A stretch of 64,000 bases of DNA from an uncultured bacterium (GTDB lineage: Bacteria > Patescibacteriota > Minisyncoccia > Phycocordibacterales > UBA5272). The DNA lies in assembly GCA_903875555.1 (NCBI GenBank), contig CAIQWN010000045.1:1535-65534 (forward strand). Direction: 5' to 3'. Each line of letters starts with the position of its first letter. Position 1 is the first letter of the stretch. Under the pieces are notes generated by a model, which saw only the letters and a program-made list of their open reading frames with translations, searched no databases and was not told the DNA's origin. Positions 27,335 to 36,566 of the stretch are shown piece by piece. Both the position numbers and the translations under genes were made by a program.

Positions 27335-27377
27335 ATATCACCAAAAAAATTTATAAATAACATTGATGAGAATAGGA

Positions 27378-27407
27378 GGGCAACCATAAGGTTGCCCGAT
27401 CTTTTTA
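27378..27407 (+). terminator. intrinsic terminator
   Basis: gggcaacc-ataa-ggttgccc followed by gatcttttt. Confidence 0.6.
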
Positions 27408-27426
27408 TAATAGATACTATAATATA

Positions 27427-27435
27427 TGATATAAT
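27427..27435 (+). promoter_or_regulatory. extended -10 element TGATATAAT ending 6 nt before the tpiA ATG (possible leaderless transcript)
   Basis: TGnTATAAT at 27427-27435; tpiA ATG at 27442. Confidence 0.3.
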
Positions 27436-27441
27436 TTTTTA

Positions 27442-28200
27442 ATGAGTAAAATTTCGAAACCTATAATTGTTGGAAATTGGAAGGCAACACCAAAGGATTT
27501 AAAAACTGCTATTTCTTTTGTGAAAGATTTAGAAAAAAAACTATCTAAAAATAAAATTAAGAAAAATTATTTATTGGCTGTACCAGACGTTTACATAAAT
27601 AGCCTATTTAATATTTCTAAGTTTGGTATTATTGGTGCAGAAAATCTAACAGGTAACGAAGAAGGTCAAACAACTGGATTAAATACTCCGTCAATAATTT
27701 CATCAGTTGGCGCAAAATTTATTATTTTAGGTCACAGTGAAGTTAGAAAAAGAGGTGAAACAAATCAAAGTATAAAAGAGAAATTAACAAATACTCTTTC
27801 AAAAAATATAAAAACTATTCTGTGTGTTGGTGAAGAAAAAAGAGAAGTAAATGTTAATTATTTAAAATTCGTCGAAGATGAACTAAAAGAATGTTTAGAA
27901 GTTTCTAAAAAAGAAGATTTTAAAAATTTAATTATTGCATATGAACCAGTGTGGGCAATAGGAGGGATTTCTCCTGCAACAACAAATGAGTGTTTCGAAA
28001 TGGTTATATCTATAAGAAGAACATTGGTTGAACTTATTGGTATGGATAATGCAAAAAAAGTTTCTATACTTTATGGTGGAACAGTCACAAAAGAAAATGC
28101 TCATAGTTTTATAGAAGAAGCTGGTGTTGATGGCTTACTTATTGGTCGTGCTTCACAAAATGTAGATGATTTTTATTCTATAATAAAATCCTGTCTCTAA
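27442..28200 (+). CDS. tpiA: triose-phosphate isomerase
   Basis: GNWK, AYEPVWAIGG and YGG.V motifs. Confidence 0.9.
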   Translation: MSKISKPIIVGNWKATPKDLKTAISFVKDLEKKLSKNKIKKNYLLAVPDVYINSLFNISKFGIIGAENLTGNEEGQTTGLNTPSIISSVGAKFIILGHSEVRKRGETNQSIKEKLTNTLSKNIKTILCVGEEKREVNVNYLKFVEDELKECLEVSKKEDFKNLIIAYEPVWAIGGISPATTNECFEMVISIRRTLVELIGMDNAKKVSILYGGTVTKENAHSFIEEAGVDGLLIGRASQNVDDFYSIIKSCL

Positions 28201-28203
28201 TTT

Positions 28204-29343
28204 ATGATAAATAATTACGAAAAATTTTTTATTAAAGATTTTCAAATATTAAAAGATAAAAGAGTAATTGTTAGACTTGATCTTAATTTGCCAATTAATA
28301 ATGATGGTGGGATTGGTGACACATCAAGACTAGATGAAATCATTCCTTTTCTTAAAGAATTATCTTTTTCTTCCGCAAAAATAATAATACTTTCACATTT
28401 TGGATCAAAAGGTGAAAGTATTGAAAGTGTCGCGAACATTTTATCTTCTCGTTTACCTTTTATTAAATTTATTAGTGGAACGGATTTTAATTTTATAAAA
28501 GGAAAAATTAATGAGATGAAAAGTGGAGATGCTTTAATATTAGAAAACGTAAGACTTTTCCCAGGAGAAACAGAAAACGTAGAAAGTGTGGCTAGAAATT
28601 TTGCATCTTTCGGTGAGGTTTATATAAATGATGCTTTTTCTGTTTCTCATCGTGAACACTCTTCTATTGTTGGTATTCCAAAATATCTCCTCTCCTTTTT
28701 TGGACCAACTTTTGAAAAAGAATTAATAAATTTATCTAAATTACTAACACCAAATAAACCAGCACTACTTATTTTAGGTGGCGCAAAAATTAGTACAAAA
28801 ATTGATTTAATAAAAAGATATTTAGATCAAGATGTTAAAGTTTTTGTTGGTGGAGCACTTGCAAATAATATTTTCAAACAAAGGGGTGTCGAGGTTGGTG
28901 ATAGCCTTGTGGACACAAAAGCAAATCTAATAGCGAGTGTTTTGTTTCATTCTAATTTGATTGTGCCAACAGATGTTGTGCTATCAAACAATGAAGAACG
29001 ACTAATTAATGAATTAAAAAAAGGTGACACTATTGTTGATTGCGGAAAAGAAACAGTAGAAGAATTAAAAAAAATAATAGAAGAATCAAATACTGTAATC
29101 ATGAATGGGCCTGTTGGTCTTTATGAAGAAGGTTTTAATTTTGGAACAGAATCAATACTTACTTTGATTGCAAACAAAAAAAATGGGACGACTTTCATTG
29201 GTGGAGGAGACACTCTTGTTGTTGCCAAAGGTCTTGATATCTTAAAAAGATTTTCCTATGTATCTCTTTCTGGTGGAGCAATGCTTAAATATTTAGCAGA
29301 AGGAACACTGGTGGGAATTGATGCAGTTACGAATGCAAAATAG
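28204..29343 (+). CDS. pgk: phosphoglycerate kinase
   Basis: RLDLNLPI and GGGDT motifs; 379 aa. Confidence 0.9.
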   Translation: MINNYEKFFIKDFQILKDKRVIVRLDLNLPINNDGGIGDTSRLDEIIPFLKELSFSSAKIIILSHFGSKGESIESVANILSSRLPFIKFISGTDFNFIKGKINEMKSGDALILENVRLFPGETENVESVARNFASFGEVYINDAFSVSHREHSSIVGIPKYLLSFFGPTFEKELINLSKLLTPNKPALLILGGAKISTKIDLIKRYLDQDVKVFVGGALANNIFKQRGVEVGDSLVDTKANLIASVLFHSNLIVPTDVVLSNNEERLINELKKGDTIVDCGKETVEELKKIIEESNTVIMNGPVGLYEEGFNFGTESILTLIANKKNGTTFIGGGDTLVVAKGLDILKRFSYVSLSGGAMLKYLAEGTLVGIDAVTNAK

Positions 29344-29370
29344 TAAAAAGAAAACTGGAAATTGCTCACA

Positions 29371-29483
29371 TTTAAAAAGTCAGAATTTGTTTTAGATGCA
29401 AGGAGCCTAGAAAATTTTTAGTGAGACGTATTTAAACATACGGCGAATTAAAAATTTTTGTAGCGACACAGCAGATGAAATAA
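29371..29483. terminator. convergent-gene terminator region: 17-bp inverted repeat (ttaaaaagtcagaattt / aaattctgactttttaa) with nested hairpins
   Basis: Read directly between pgk (+) and xth (-). Confidence 0.4.
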
Positions 29484-29494
29484 ATTCTGACTTT

Positions 29495-30250
29495 TTAAAA
29501 CTCTAGAACCACAGGACAGTGATCACTTCCAAACATATTATCTAATATATTTGCTTTCTTTATTTTCTTTTCTAAAACTTTTGAGATGAAAATATAATCA
29601 ATACGCCAGCCAACATTTCTGTCTCTTGCTCTGGTTTGCATATCCCACCATGTATATTTTATTTTATCTCCATTTATAAAACGAAATGTATCAGTAAAAT
29701 CCTTCACAAAATTTGCAAGACGAGAACGTTCGTCATCTGTACAACCAAGCTTTCCTTTATTTTCTTTTGGACGAGCAAGATCAATGTCGGCAACTGTCGC
29801 ATTTATATCTCCACAAAAAATAACTGGTTTTATTTTTTCTAATTTCTTGGCACGTTTTAAAAATTGATCATAATAATCTAGTTTATATAAAAAATGTTCA
29901 TGCGACTTTCCTCCGTTTGGAAAATAACAATTCATAAAAACAAAATCTTTGAAATATAAAGTAACAAGCCTGCCCTCCATATCCATTTTATCTTTACCTA
30001 ATCCATACTCAACCTTCTCTGGTTTTTCTTTACAATAAACTGCCACACCAGAATATCCTTTTCTAATTTTTGAACTATCGAAATAAGAAAAATATCCTTT
30101 TATGTTTATAATTTCATCAGTGAGTTGCATAGGTTCTGCCTTTGTTTCTTGAATAGCCAATATATCAGGAGACAATTTCAAAACCTCTTTCCAGTTTTCT
30201 TTTTTTGTTACAGCTCGTATTCCGTTCACATTCCAAGAAATAATTTTCAT
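29495..30250 (-). CDS. xth: exodeoxyribonuclease III (AP endonuclease)
   Basis: MKIISWNVNG..., ExoIII/APE1 family length and motifs. Confidence 0.9.
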   Translation of the reverse strand: MKIISWNVNGIRAVTKKENWKEVLKLSPDILAIQETKAEPMQLTDEIINIKGYFSYFDSSKIRKGYSGVAVYCKEKPEKVEYGLGKDKMDMEGRLVTLYFKDFVFMNCYFPNGGKSHEHFLYKLDYYDQFLKRAKKLEKIKPVIFCGDINATVADIDLARPKENKGKLGCTDDERSRLANFVKDFTDTFRFINGDKIKYTWWDMQTRARDRNVGWRIDYIFISKVLEKKIKKANILDNMFGSDHCPVVLEF

Positions 30251-30274
30251 GATTTCATTATAACAAAAAAGAAA

Positions 30275-30293
30275 GCAGGGTGGATAACCCTGC
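30275..30293 (-). terminator. intrinsic terminator for the Cys-rich gene (minus strand)
   Basis: gcagggt-ggata-accctgc; the minus-strand reading is followed by tttctttttt. Confidence 0.5.
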
Positions 30294-30307
30294 CTGAAAA
30301 CAAAAAA

Positions 30308-30683
30308 TTAACAACATAAAATAGGTGGGCGATTGTCTGACAAAAACGAACATACCTGTATTTGATTCATTTGATCTTCATCTTTATCATGATAAGGCGG
30401 ACAATTTACACATCCATCAGTCAGACAAAACATTCCATAAATCCTTGTTGTATAAAAACCACAACCACATTTTGGATTTTCCATATCACTCTCCTGCGTC
30501 AGGAAAACCACATCTTTTACGGAAACATGCTTCTTCTCTATCACAACCAGAGTCCGTACATCTTGGCTGTGTTGTAAAACAAACTGTGTCGTTCTCTATA
30601 TAAAAAAATTTTGAACATTTGTTATTGTTCACATCTTCTCCGCCAGACGTCCCAGTTTTTTCACCTGTCAAATGCCTAAACAT
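30308..30683 (-). pseudogene. Cys-rich small protein gene split by a +1 frameshift (ORFs 30486-30683 and 30308-30544 overlap)
   Basis: The two ORFs overlap on the same DNA in different frames and share an internal repeat: C.TT....C.TD.GC (CFTTQPRCTDSGC versus CGFYTTRIYGMFCLTDGC). Confidence 0.35.
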
Positions 30684-30745
30684 AAAAGAACCTTCTTTCT
30701 TATTGATTTAAGATAAGACAATATTAACATCAACTATAATAAACA

Positions 30746-31705
30746 TCAATCTTTACCTTTTTTCTTTCCATGAAACTTTTCATATTGATCACGAAGGAAT
30801 TTGTTAGTTACGTTGGTATATATTTGTGTGGTGGCAATAGAGGCGTGCCCCAACATTAATTGAACAGTTCTCAAATCAGCTCCGTTATACAAAAGATCTG
30901 TCGCAAATGAGTGACGAAGAACGTGTGGTGTACACTTTTTTGAAATACCTGCCATCACAGAATATTTTTCTACTGTTCTTTCCACACTTCTTGGAGTAAG
31001 CCTAATAGATTCTTCTTTTTGCATTCTACTAATAGCACGAGGGGAATGATCAATAAACATTGCTTCATCGATATCAACTCTTTCTTCTAAATATTTTTTT
31101 ACACATTCATTTGCTGAATGAGAAATAAAAACCACTCGAATTTTTCCACCTTTACCTCGCACAGAGATTTCTCCATTTTTAAAATCAGTATCTCTGTCTA
31201 ATGAACAAAGTTCCGAAACACGAAGACCTGTCGAAAATAAAAGCTCAAGCATTGCTTTATCTCTTTTTCCAGAGATTGTTTTTGTGTCGGGTGCGTTTAA
31301 TAATTCATTTAGTTCTCTGTCAGAAATCAAATCGAGTTCTCTTTGAACAGTTTTGGCAAGTTCGATTCTTTCTGGGTCGTAACACTGTACACCTCTTTTT
31401 CTCATATATTTAAGAAAGGCACGAAGGGCAATCAAGTGATAGTTCTGAGTTTTTTTATTTAAAGTTTCTGTTTGTTGTCCCTTCTTTGCTTCGCGAGCAG
31501 AAAGACGATTTAAATACACACGATACTCTCGCATCATTGCTTCCGTTATATCTTGAGGTGCTTCAACTTTTACAAATTCTAAAAAACGATTTAAATAGTG
31601 ATCATAATTGCGAACAGTTAAGACTGAGCGACCTTTTTCTATTTCTAAATATTGAAGATAATCAAATTTAAGTGAAGGAAGTGAGTGCATACAATAATTA
31701 TACAT
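30746..31705 (-). CDS. tyrosine recombinase XerC/XerD family
   Basis: C-terminal HVLRHSFATDLL...LGHASIATTQIYT catalytic R-H-R-Y region. Confidence 0.8.
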   Translation of the reverse strand: MYNYCMHSLPSLKFDYLQYLEIEKGRSVLTVRNYDHYLNRFLEFVKVEAPQDITEAMMREYRVYLNRLSAREAKKGQQTETLNKKTQNYHLIALRAFLKYMRKRGVQCYDPERIELAKTVQRELDLISDRELNELLNAPDTKTISGKRDKAMLELLFSTGLRVSELCSLDRDTDFKNGEISVRGKGGKIRVVFISHSANECVKKYLEERVDIDEAMFIDHSPRAISRMQKEESIRLTPRSVERTVEKYSVMAGISKKCTPHVLRHSFATDLLYNGADLRTVQLMLGHASIATTQIYTNVTNKFLRDQYEKFHGKKKGKD

Positions 31706-31759
31706 GAATGTCGTAAAATAATAGAAATATCAACACTATTTAAGGGTTATGTTTAGCTC

Positions 31760-31788
31760 TTGCAATTTCTAACAAAGTGTGATACTAT
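31760..31788 (+). promoter_or_regulatory. rpsO promoter candidate (TTGCAA-17 nt-TGaTACTAT, extended -10)
   Basis: TTGCAA 31760-31765, TACTAT 31783-31788; the ATG is 21 nt downstream. Confidence 0.45.
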
Positions 31789-31808
31789 ATGGTGATAATT
31801 AAGAAATT

Positions 31809-32072
31809 ATGTTAACTTCAAGAAAAAAGGCAACTGCAATTAAAAACGCTCAAATACATCCTACAGACACTGGATCACCTGAGGTTCAAGTTTCAGTTCT
31901 TACAAAAAAAATTACTGAACTTACAAATCATTTAAAGACTCACAAGAAAGATAATCATTCTCGTCGTGGTCTTATACAAATGGTGGCTGATCGTCGTTCT
32001 CATTTGAAATATTTAGAAACTTCAAATAAAAAACGTTTCGACGTTATCACAAAAAAGTTAGGTCTAAAATAA
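31809..32072 (+). CDS. rpsO: 30S ribosomal protein S15
   Basis: 87 aa ...HLK.HKKD.HSRRGL..MV..RR.LL.YL. Confidence 0.95.
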   Translation: MLTSRKKATAIKNAQIHPTDTGSPEVQVSVLTKKITELTNHLKTHKKDNHSRRGLIQMVADRRSHLKYLETSNKKRFDVITKKLGLK

Positions 32073-32078
32073 TTTTAT

Positions 32079-32106
32079 AAAACAATCTCTTAATGGAGAT
32101 TGTTTT
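32079..32106 (+). terminator. intrinsic terminator after rpsO
   Basis: aaaacaatctc-ttaatg-gagattgtttt. Confidence 0.6.
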
Positions 32107-32227
32107 ATCTAGTGAAACATAATACAATTAATTATACGCGAATAATCGCACAATTTTAATAATACAATTCTGGCTTAGATTTAAATAATAAAAAATACCT
32201 CTGCCTTTTAATTTTCAATACAAATAT

Positions 32228-32857
32228 ATGTCAATCATTAAACACAATGATCAACGTGTTGCTATTTTTATAGATACACAAAATCTTTATCACAGTGCAA
32301 AAAATTTATACAATTCAAAAGTAAACTTCGGTGCCATAATGGAGAAAGCTGTTGGCAAAAGAAAGCTCATTCGTGCTGTTGCTTATGTAATAACAACAGA
32401 AGCAGGAGACGAAACACAATTCTTTGAAGCATTAACAAAGATTGGAATAGAAACCAAAACAAAGGATTTAAAAATCTTTTATGGTGGAGCAAAGAAAGCA
32501 GACTGGGATGTTTGTATCGCTGTTGATGCAATTCGTTTTGCTCCAAAAGTAGATACCATTGTCTTAGCAACTGGAGATGGAGATTTTGCGCCTCTTGTTA
32601 ATTTCTTAAAACATTTAGGAGTACAGGTAGAGGTTATTTCTTTTGGACGATCAACTTCAGGGGAGCTTCGCGAAGCGTGTGAAGACTTTATCGATATGTG
32701 CGAAAATCCTGATGACTTCCTTATTAATTACAGAAAAACAAACACCCAACCTGGAAGTCAAAAAAAGAAAATTTCTAAAAAACCAAAAAATAAAATTGTA
32801 GAAAATTTTTCTTCAAATGATAACTATGGGGTATTTACTCCTGATGAAGATAATTAA
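32228..32857 (+). CDS. NYN-domain (LabA-like, PIN-fold) protein
   Basis: VAIFIDTQNL...ADWDVCIAVDAI...TIVLATGDGDFAPLV. Confidence 0.75.
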   Translation: MSIIKHNDQRVAIFIDTQNLYHSAKNLYNSKVNFGAIMEKAVGKRKLIRAVAYVITTEAGDETQFFEALTKIGIETKTKDLKIFYGGAKKADWDVCIAVDAIRFAPKVDTIVLATGDGDFAPLVNFLKHLGVQVEVISFGRSTSGELREACEDFIDMCENPDDFLINYRKTNTQPGSQKKKISKKPKNKIVENFSSNDNYGVFTPDEDN

Positions 32858-32928
32858 TTTAGTTTTTTAATAAGAAAATAAATAATACAGGTAAAATAAA
32901 TTTTACCTGTATTATTTTTATTCCTTGC

Positions 32929-33603
32929 TTGTTTCTTCTTTCTTCTTGTATACTTCTGTTTATGAGTGAAATACCAAAAATAGAAACATTTGAGCATGAT
33001 ATAGTTGCAGAGGTTGAAGGTAAAAATTCAAACATTGCGGACATTGCCTCTTATTCTGAAGAATTAAGTAATGAAAAACAGGAAAAAACAAGAAAGATTA
33101 ATTTTATTATTGTTACTGTTTCTATTATTTTAATAGTTTTAAGTATAATAATAATTATAATTTATACCATCTCATCTAATTCTAAACCTGTACAACAAGA
33201 AATTCCTATAGAAAAACTACAAGTAAACCAAGGAAGTAAAGATAAGGTTGTTTATTTGTTTCCAAATTTAAATTCAAATGTTGGTGAGTTTATTTCTAAT
33301 TTTGAAGAAACACCTTTCGGTTATATCATAACGATTTCTGATTTTAAAGAGGTTTATGCTTTTGTTATGAAAAATGAAAGTGTGTTTGCAGAGGATGTTT
33401 TAAATTCTTTTAAGATTAGTTTAGATGCCAATGTCACTAAAGATAATATTGTGTTTAAAGATGTAAATGATTCTAACCAAAATATGAGAGTGTTGGAGAT
33501 TGGTGACAAAACAGTTGTTTACAGTTGGCTCAATGATAATTATTTATTAGTATCTAAAAATATTAACGGTATTTTGTCTATGCGTAGTGCTATAATTAAG
33601 TAA
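32929..33603 (+). CDS. hypothetical membrane-anchored protein
   Basis: Single TM (IIVTVSIILIVLSIIIIIIY) with a C-terminal extracytoplasmic domain; its stop overlaps the comM start. Confidence 0.4.
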   Translation: MFLLSSCILLFMSEIPKIETFEHDIVAEVEGKNSNIADIASYSEELSNEKQEKTRKINFIIVTVSIILIVLSIIIIIIYTISSNSKPVQQEIPIEKLQVNQGSKDKVVYLFPNLNSNVGEFISNFEETPFGYIITISDFKEVYAFVMKNESVFAEDVLNSFKISLDANVTKDNIVFKDVNDSNQNMRVLEIGDKTVVYSWLNDNYLLVSKNINGILSMRSAIIK

Positions 33604-35153
33604 TGAGTGTTGCTCTTATTTTAAGCTCTCACATTGTCGGACTTGATGCGGAACTTGTTTCTGTAGAGACTGACATCTCACATGGTATTTATTCCTTTTC
33701 TATAATTGGTCTCCCAGATAAATCAATAGATGAAAGTAAAGACAGAATAATTTCTGCACTAAAAAATTCTTTTCTTAAAAATCCAAAAAGTGAAAACCAT
33801 AAAGTTATTGTTTCACTTGCACCAGCTGATGTAAAAAAGGAGGGGGCTCATTTTGATTTACCAATAGCTCTTTCTTACTTAATTTCTTCAAAACAAATAG
33901 ATGGTGATTTTAAAAATAAAATGTTTGTTGGTGAACTTTCTTTAAATGGTGAAATAAAACCAATGCAGGGAATACTAGCCATAGCAGAATGTGCTAAGAA
34001 AAATAATATTACAGAACTTTACGTACCAAACCAAAATAAAGAGGAGGCGAGTTTGATTGATGGTATAAAAATTTATGGATGTTCAAGTTTAAAAGAAATT
34101 GTTAAACATTTTGGTGGACTAGTCGAAGATGGTGATATTGATGTTTTTAAAATAAAAGAGACAACTAAAACAAATATAATTTATTCTCGTCCAGATTTCT
34201 TTCTAGATCTTAGAGATATACATGGTCAGGAAACAGCCAAAAGAGCTCTTTCTATTGCTGCTTGTGGCGGACACAACATAGCATTATTTGGACCACCAGG
34301 AACAGGAAAGACGATGCTTGCGAGAGCTTTCACTGGTATTCTTCCACCTCTTTCAAAAGAAGAAATTCTTGAAGTAACAAAAATACATTCTGTCGCTAGT
34401 AAGGAAACAAAATTAATTACACATCCACCATTTAGAAGTCCTCATCATACTTCTTCTTATGTTTCACTTGTTGGTGGTGGAGCAAATCCTAGACCTGGAG
34501 AAGTAACCTTGGCGCATCGTGGGGTTTTATTTTTAGATGAATTTCCAGAATTTGAAAAAAGAGTAATAGAAAGTTTACGACAACCACTTGAAGAAGGAAC
34601 TATTTCTGTGTCGCGTGCAAAAGGAACCTTTTTATTTCCAGCAAATTGTATAACCGTGCTCGCCATGAATCCTTGTCCTTGTGGATTTTTAGGAAGTAAA
34701 ATAAAAAGATGTAACTGTTCTGCTAGTGACATACAAAAATATGCTAAAAAAATATCTGGCCCGATAATGGACAGAATCGATATGTGGATCAAAGTAAGTC
34801 ACATAGACTACGACACACTATCACATTCAAACACTAGTATAAGTAGCGATGAAATAAAAGAAGAAATAATTAATGCTAGAAATTTTGCTAAAAAAAGATT
34901 TGAAACTCTTGGTGATAATATAAATTTAAACAAAAATATATCAGCAAAAAATATTTCTAAACATATTCCACTAAGTGATAGTGTTTACAGTTTAATGAAA
35001 AAAATATCTACAAATAATTCTCTATCTCCAAGGGCGTATCACCGCACACTTAGAGTTGCAAGAACCATTGCTGATCTGGAAGGAAAAGAAAATGTAAATG
35101 AATCACACATACTAGAAGCTTTTCAGTATCGAGGAAAGGGGTTTGAGGAATAG
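33603..35153 (+). CDS. comM: Mg-chelatase-like AAA ATPase YifB/ComM
   Basis: Lon-like N-terminal domain, Walker A GPPGTGKT, Walker B LFLDEFPEF; 516 aa. Confidence 0.85.
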   Translation: MSVALILSSHIVGLDAELVSVETDISHGIYSFSIIGLPDKSIDESKDRIISALKNSFLKNPKSENHKVIVSLAPADVKKEGAHFDLPIALSYLISSKQIDGDFKNKMFVGELSLNGEIKPMQGILAIAECAKKNNITELYVPNQNKEEASLIDGIKIYGCSSLKEIVKHFGGLVEDGDIDVFKIKETTKTNIIYSRPDFFLDLRDIHGQETAKRALSIAACGGHNIALFGPPGTGKTMLARAFTGILPPLSKEEILEVTKIHSVASKETKLITHPPFRSPHHTSSYVSLVGGGANPRPGEVTLAHRGVLFLDEFPEFEKRVIESLRQPLEEGTISVSRAKGTFLFPANCITVLAMNPCPCGFLGSKIKRCNCSASDIQKYAKKISGPIMDRIDMWIKVSHIDYDTLSHSNTSISSDEIKEEIINARNFAKKRFETLGDNINLNKNISAKNISKHIPLSDSVYSLMKKISTNNSLSPRAYHRTLRVARTIADLEGKENVNESHILEAFQYRGKGFEE

Positions 35154-35294
35154 TATTTTTTGTCTCACTTTTTATTTCAAAAATGTTTCAGGTTCAAGGC
35201 GTAAGAAATTTTTATGACTAAAATGTACATGTCGTACATTGCAGGAAGGAAAATTTCTTACAACGAAAAAGATGAAATGTTCTTGGAACAAAAA

Positions 35295-36275
35295 CTAAAA
35301 AGGATTAACGGCTCCACGCACCTCAAAGTGTAAATGAGGTCCTGTTGAATGACCAGTATTTCCTGTTGCACCAATAACCTCTCCTTGTGATACTGTTTGA
35401 CCAATTGAAACATTTACTTTACTTAAATGAGCATAAACTGTTTGTATATTATTGTCGTGAGCAATAATAATCATGTTTCCATAACCTCCATTATAACCAC
35501 TTGTTTTTGTAAGAATAATTCTTCCGTTACCAGACGCCATAACAGGTGATCCCGTAGGTATACCGATATCAATACCATTATAACCATGCAGACCTTGTGT
35601 TTTTCTTCCGCCAGTAACAGGCCTTATCAAAAATCCATCCGCAAAAGTATTAGAATAAGATTTTACTAATTTACTATAACCATTTGCTAATTTAGAACTT
35701 GATGTTTTTGGTACAGACACACTTATTTCACCTTCCGGAACAAGAATAACATCGCCAACTGTAAGTTCTGTGTCTTTTGTTATTCCGTTAAATTTGGACA
35801 CATCATTAATATCTGCTTTATACTTTTTAACAATAGATAAAAGTGTTTCTCCTTTTTTAACTGTGTGTTTAATACCAGTTATCGGCAAAATAACTATTGT
35901 GTCTCCAACAGTAAGACTGTTTGATTTCAAATCATTCGCCCACACAATTGTATTTTTAGAAACACCAAACATTTTTGCAACACTCGCAAGAGTATCTCCC
36001 TTTTTAACTTCATAAACAGAAATCTGATCTGTTGTAGGAAAATCAACATCCTCTGTAGACAATCGAAGCATGCCGGTAGTTGCAGATAAACTATTAGAAG
36101 TTGAAGCGTCTTCTATAACAGCTTCATTTAATTCTTGAGCATCAACCACGTTTGGTTTCAAAACATCCATCATTTGAGAATTTTTGTTTGAATCTTCTTC
36201 CGATCCACTACCCCCAACAATTATAAATTTAACCCTATCTACTAAATTAGAAAAAACGGAAGCCTCCGCTTGCAA
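35295..36275 (-). CDS. LysM-repeat plus M23 family metallopeptidase (cell-wall hydrolase)
   Basis: Two LysM repeats (KKGDTLASVAKMFGVS; KKGETLLSIVKKY) and M23 motifs (GIDIG...; HLHFEV). The annotated start is a TTG; a signal-peptide-like sequence continues in-frame upstream. Confidence 0.8.
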   Translation of the reverse strand: MQAEASVFSNLVDRVKFIIVGGSGSEEDSNKNSQMMDVLKPNVVDAQELNEAVIEDASTSNSLSATTGMLRLSTEDVDFPTTDQISVYEVKKGDTLASVAKMFGVSKNTIVWANDLKSNSLTVGDTIVILPITGIKHTVKKGETLLSIVKKYKADINDVSKFNGITKDTELTVGDVILVPEGEISVSVPKTSSSKLANGYSKLVKSYSNTFADGFLIRPVTGGRKTQGLHGYNGIDIGIPTGSPVMASGNGRIILTKTSGYNGGYGNMIIIAHDNNIQTVYAHLSKVNVSIGQTVSQGEVIGATGNTGHSTGPHLHFEVRGAVNPF

Positions 36276-36566
36276 AGGAAAAAGTACCAGTGATACCGGT
36301 ATTACAGAAACTATATTTCGTAAAGCTTTGCTTTTGATTATTTTTACTAAAATAGATTTGATGAAAAGATATATTTCTTCTCTTTTTTACTTGTTTTCAG
36401 AATAAAACTCTCAGGAATATCAGTATTAGTTTCCACAAACATTTCGTGTGGGGGATTAAGTAATACTAGCAAAAAATGATCACAAAAACAAATAGACAAA
36501 CACACAGAAAATTGTGTATAAGTTATGAAAAATAAATAAAATATAGGGTATAATTAAATAAATATT

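Noticed and set aside
30746-31705. Integrase of an integrated mobile element
   Set aside because: The recombinase is flanked by housekeeping genes (xth, rpsO). I found no adjacent tRNA, direct repeats or cargo, so the chromosome-dimer-resolution role (XerC/D) is more likely.
36184-36405. ORF 36184-36405(+)
   Set aside because: It is antisense to the in-frame signal-peptide-encoding extension of the M23 peptidase gene.
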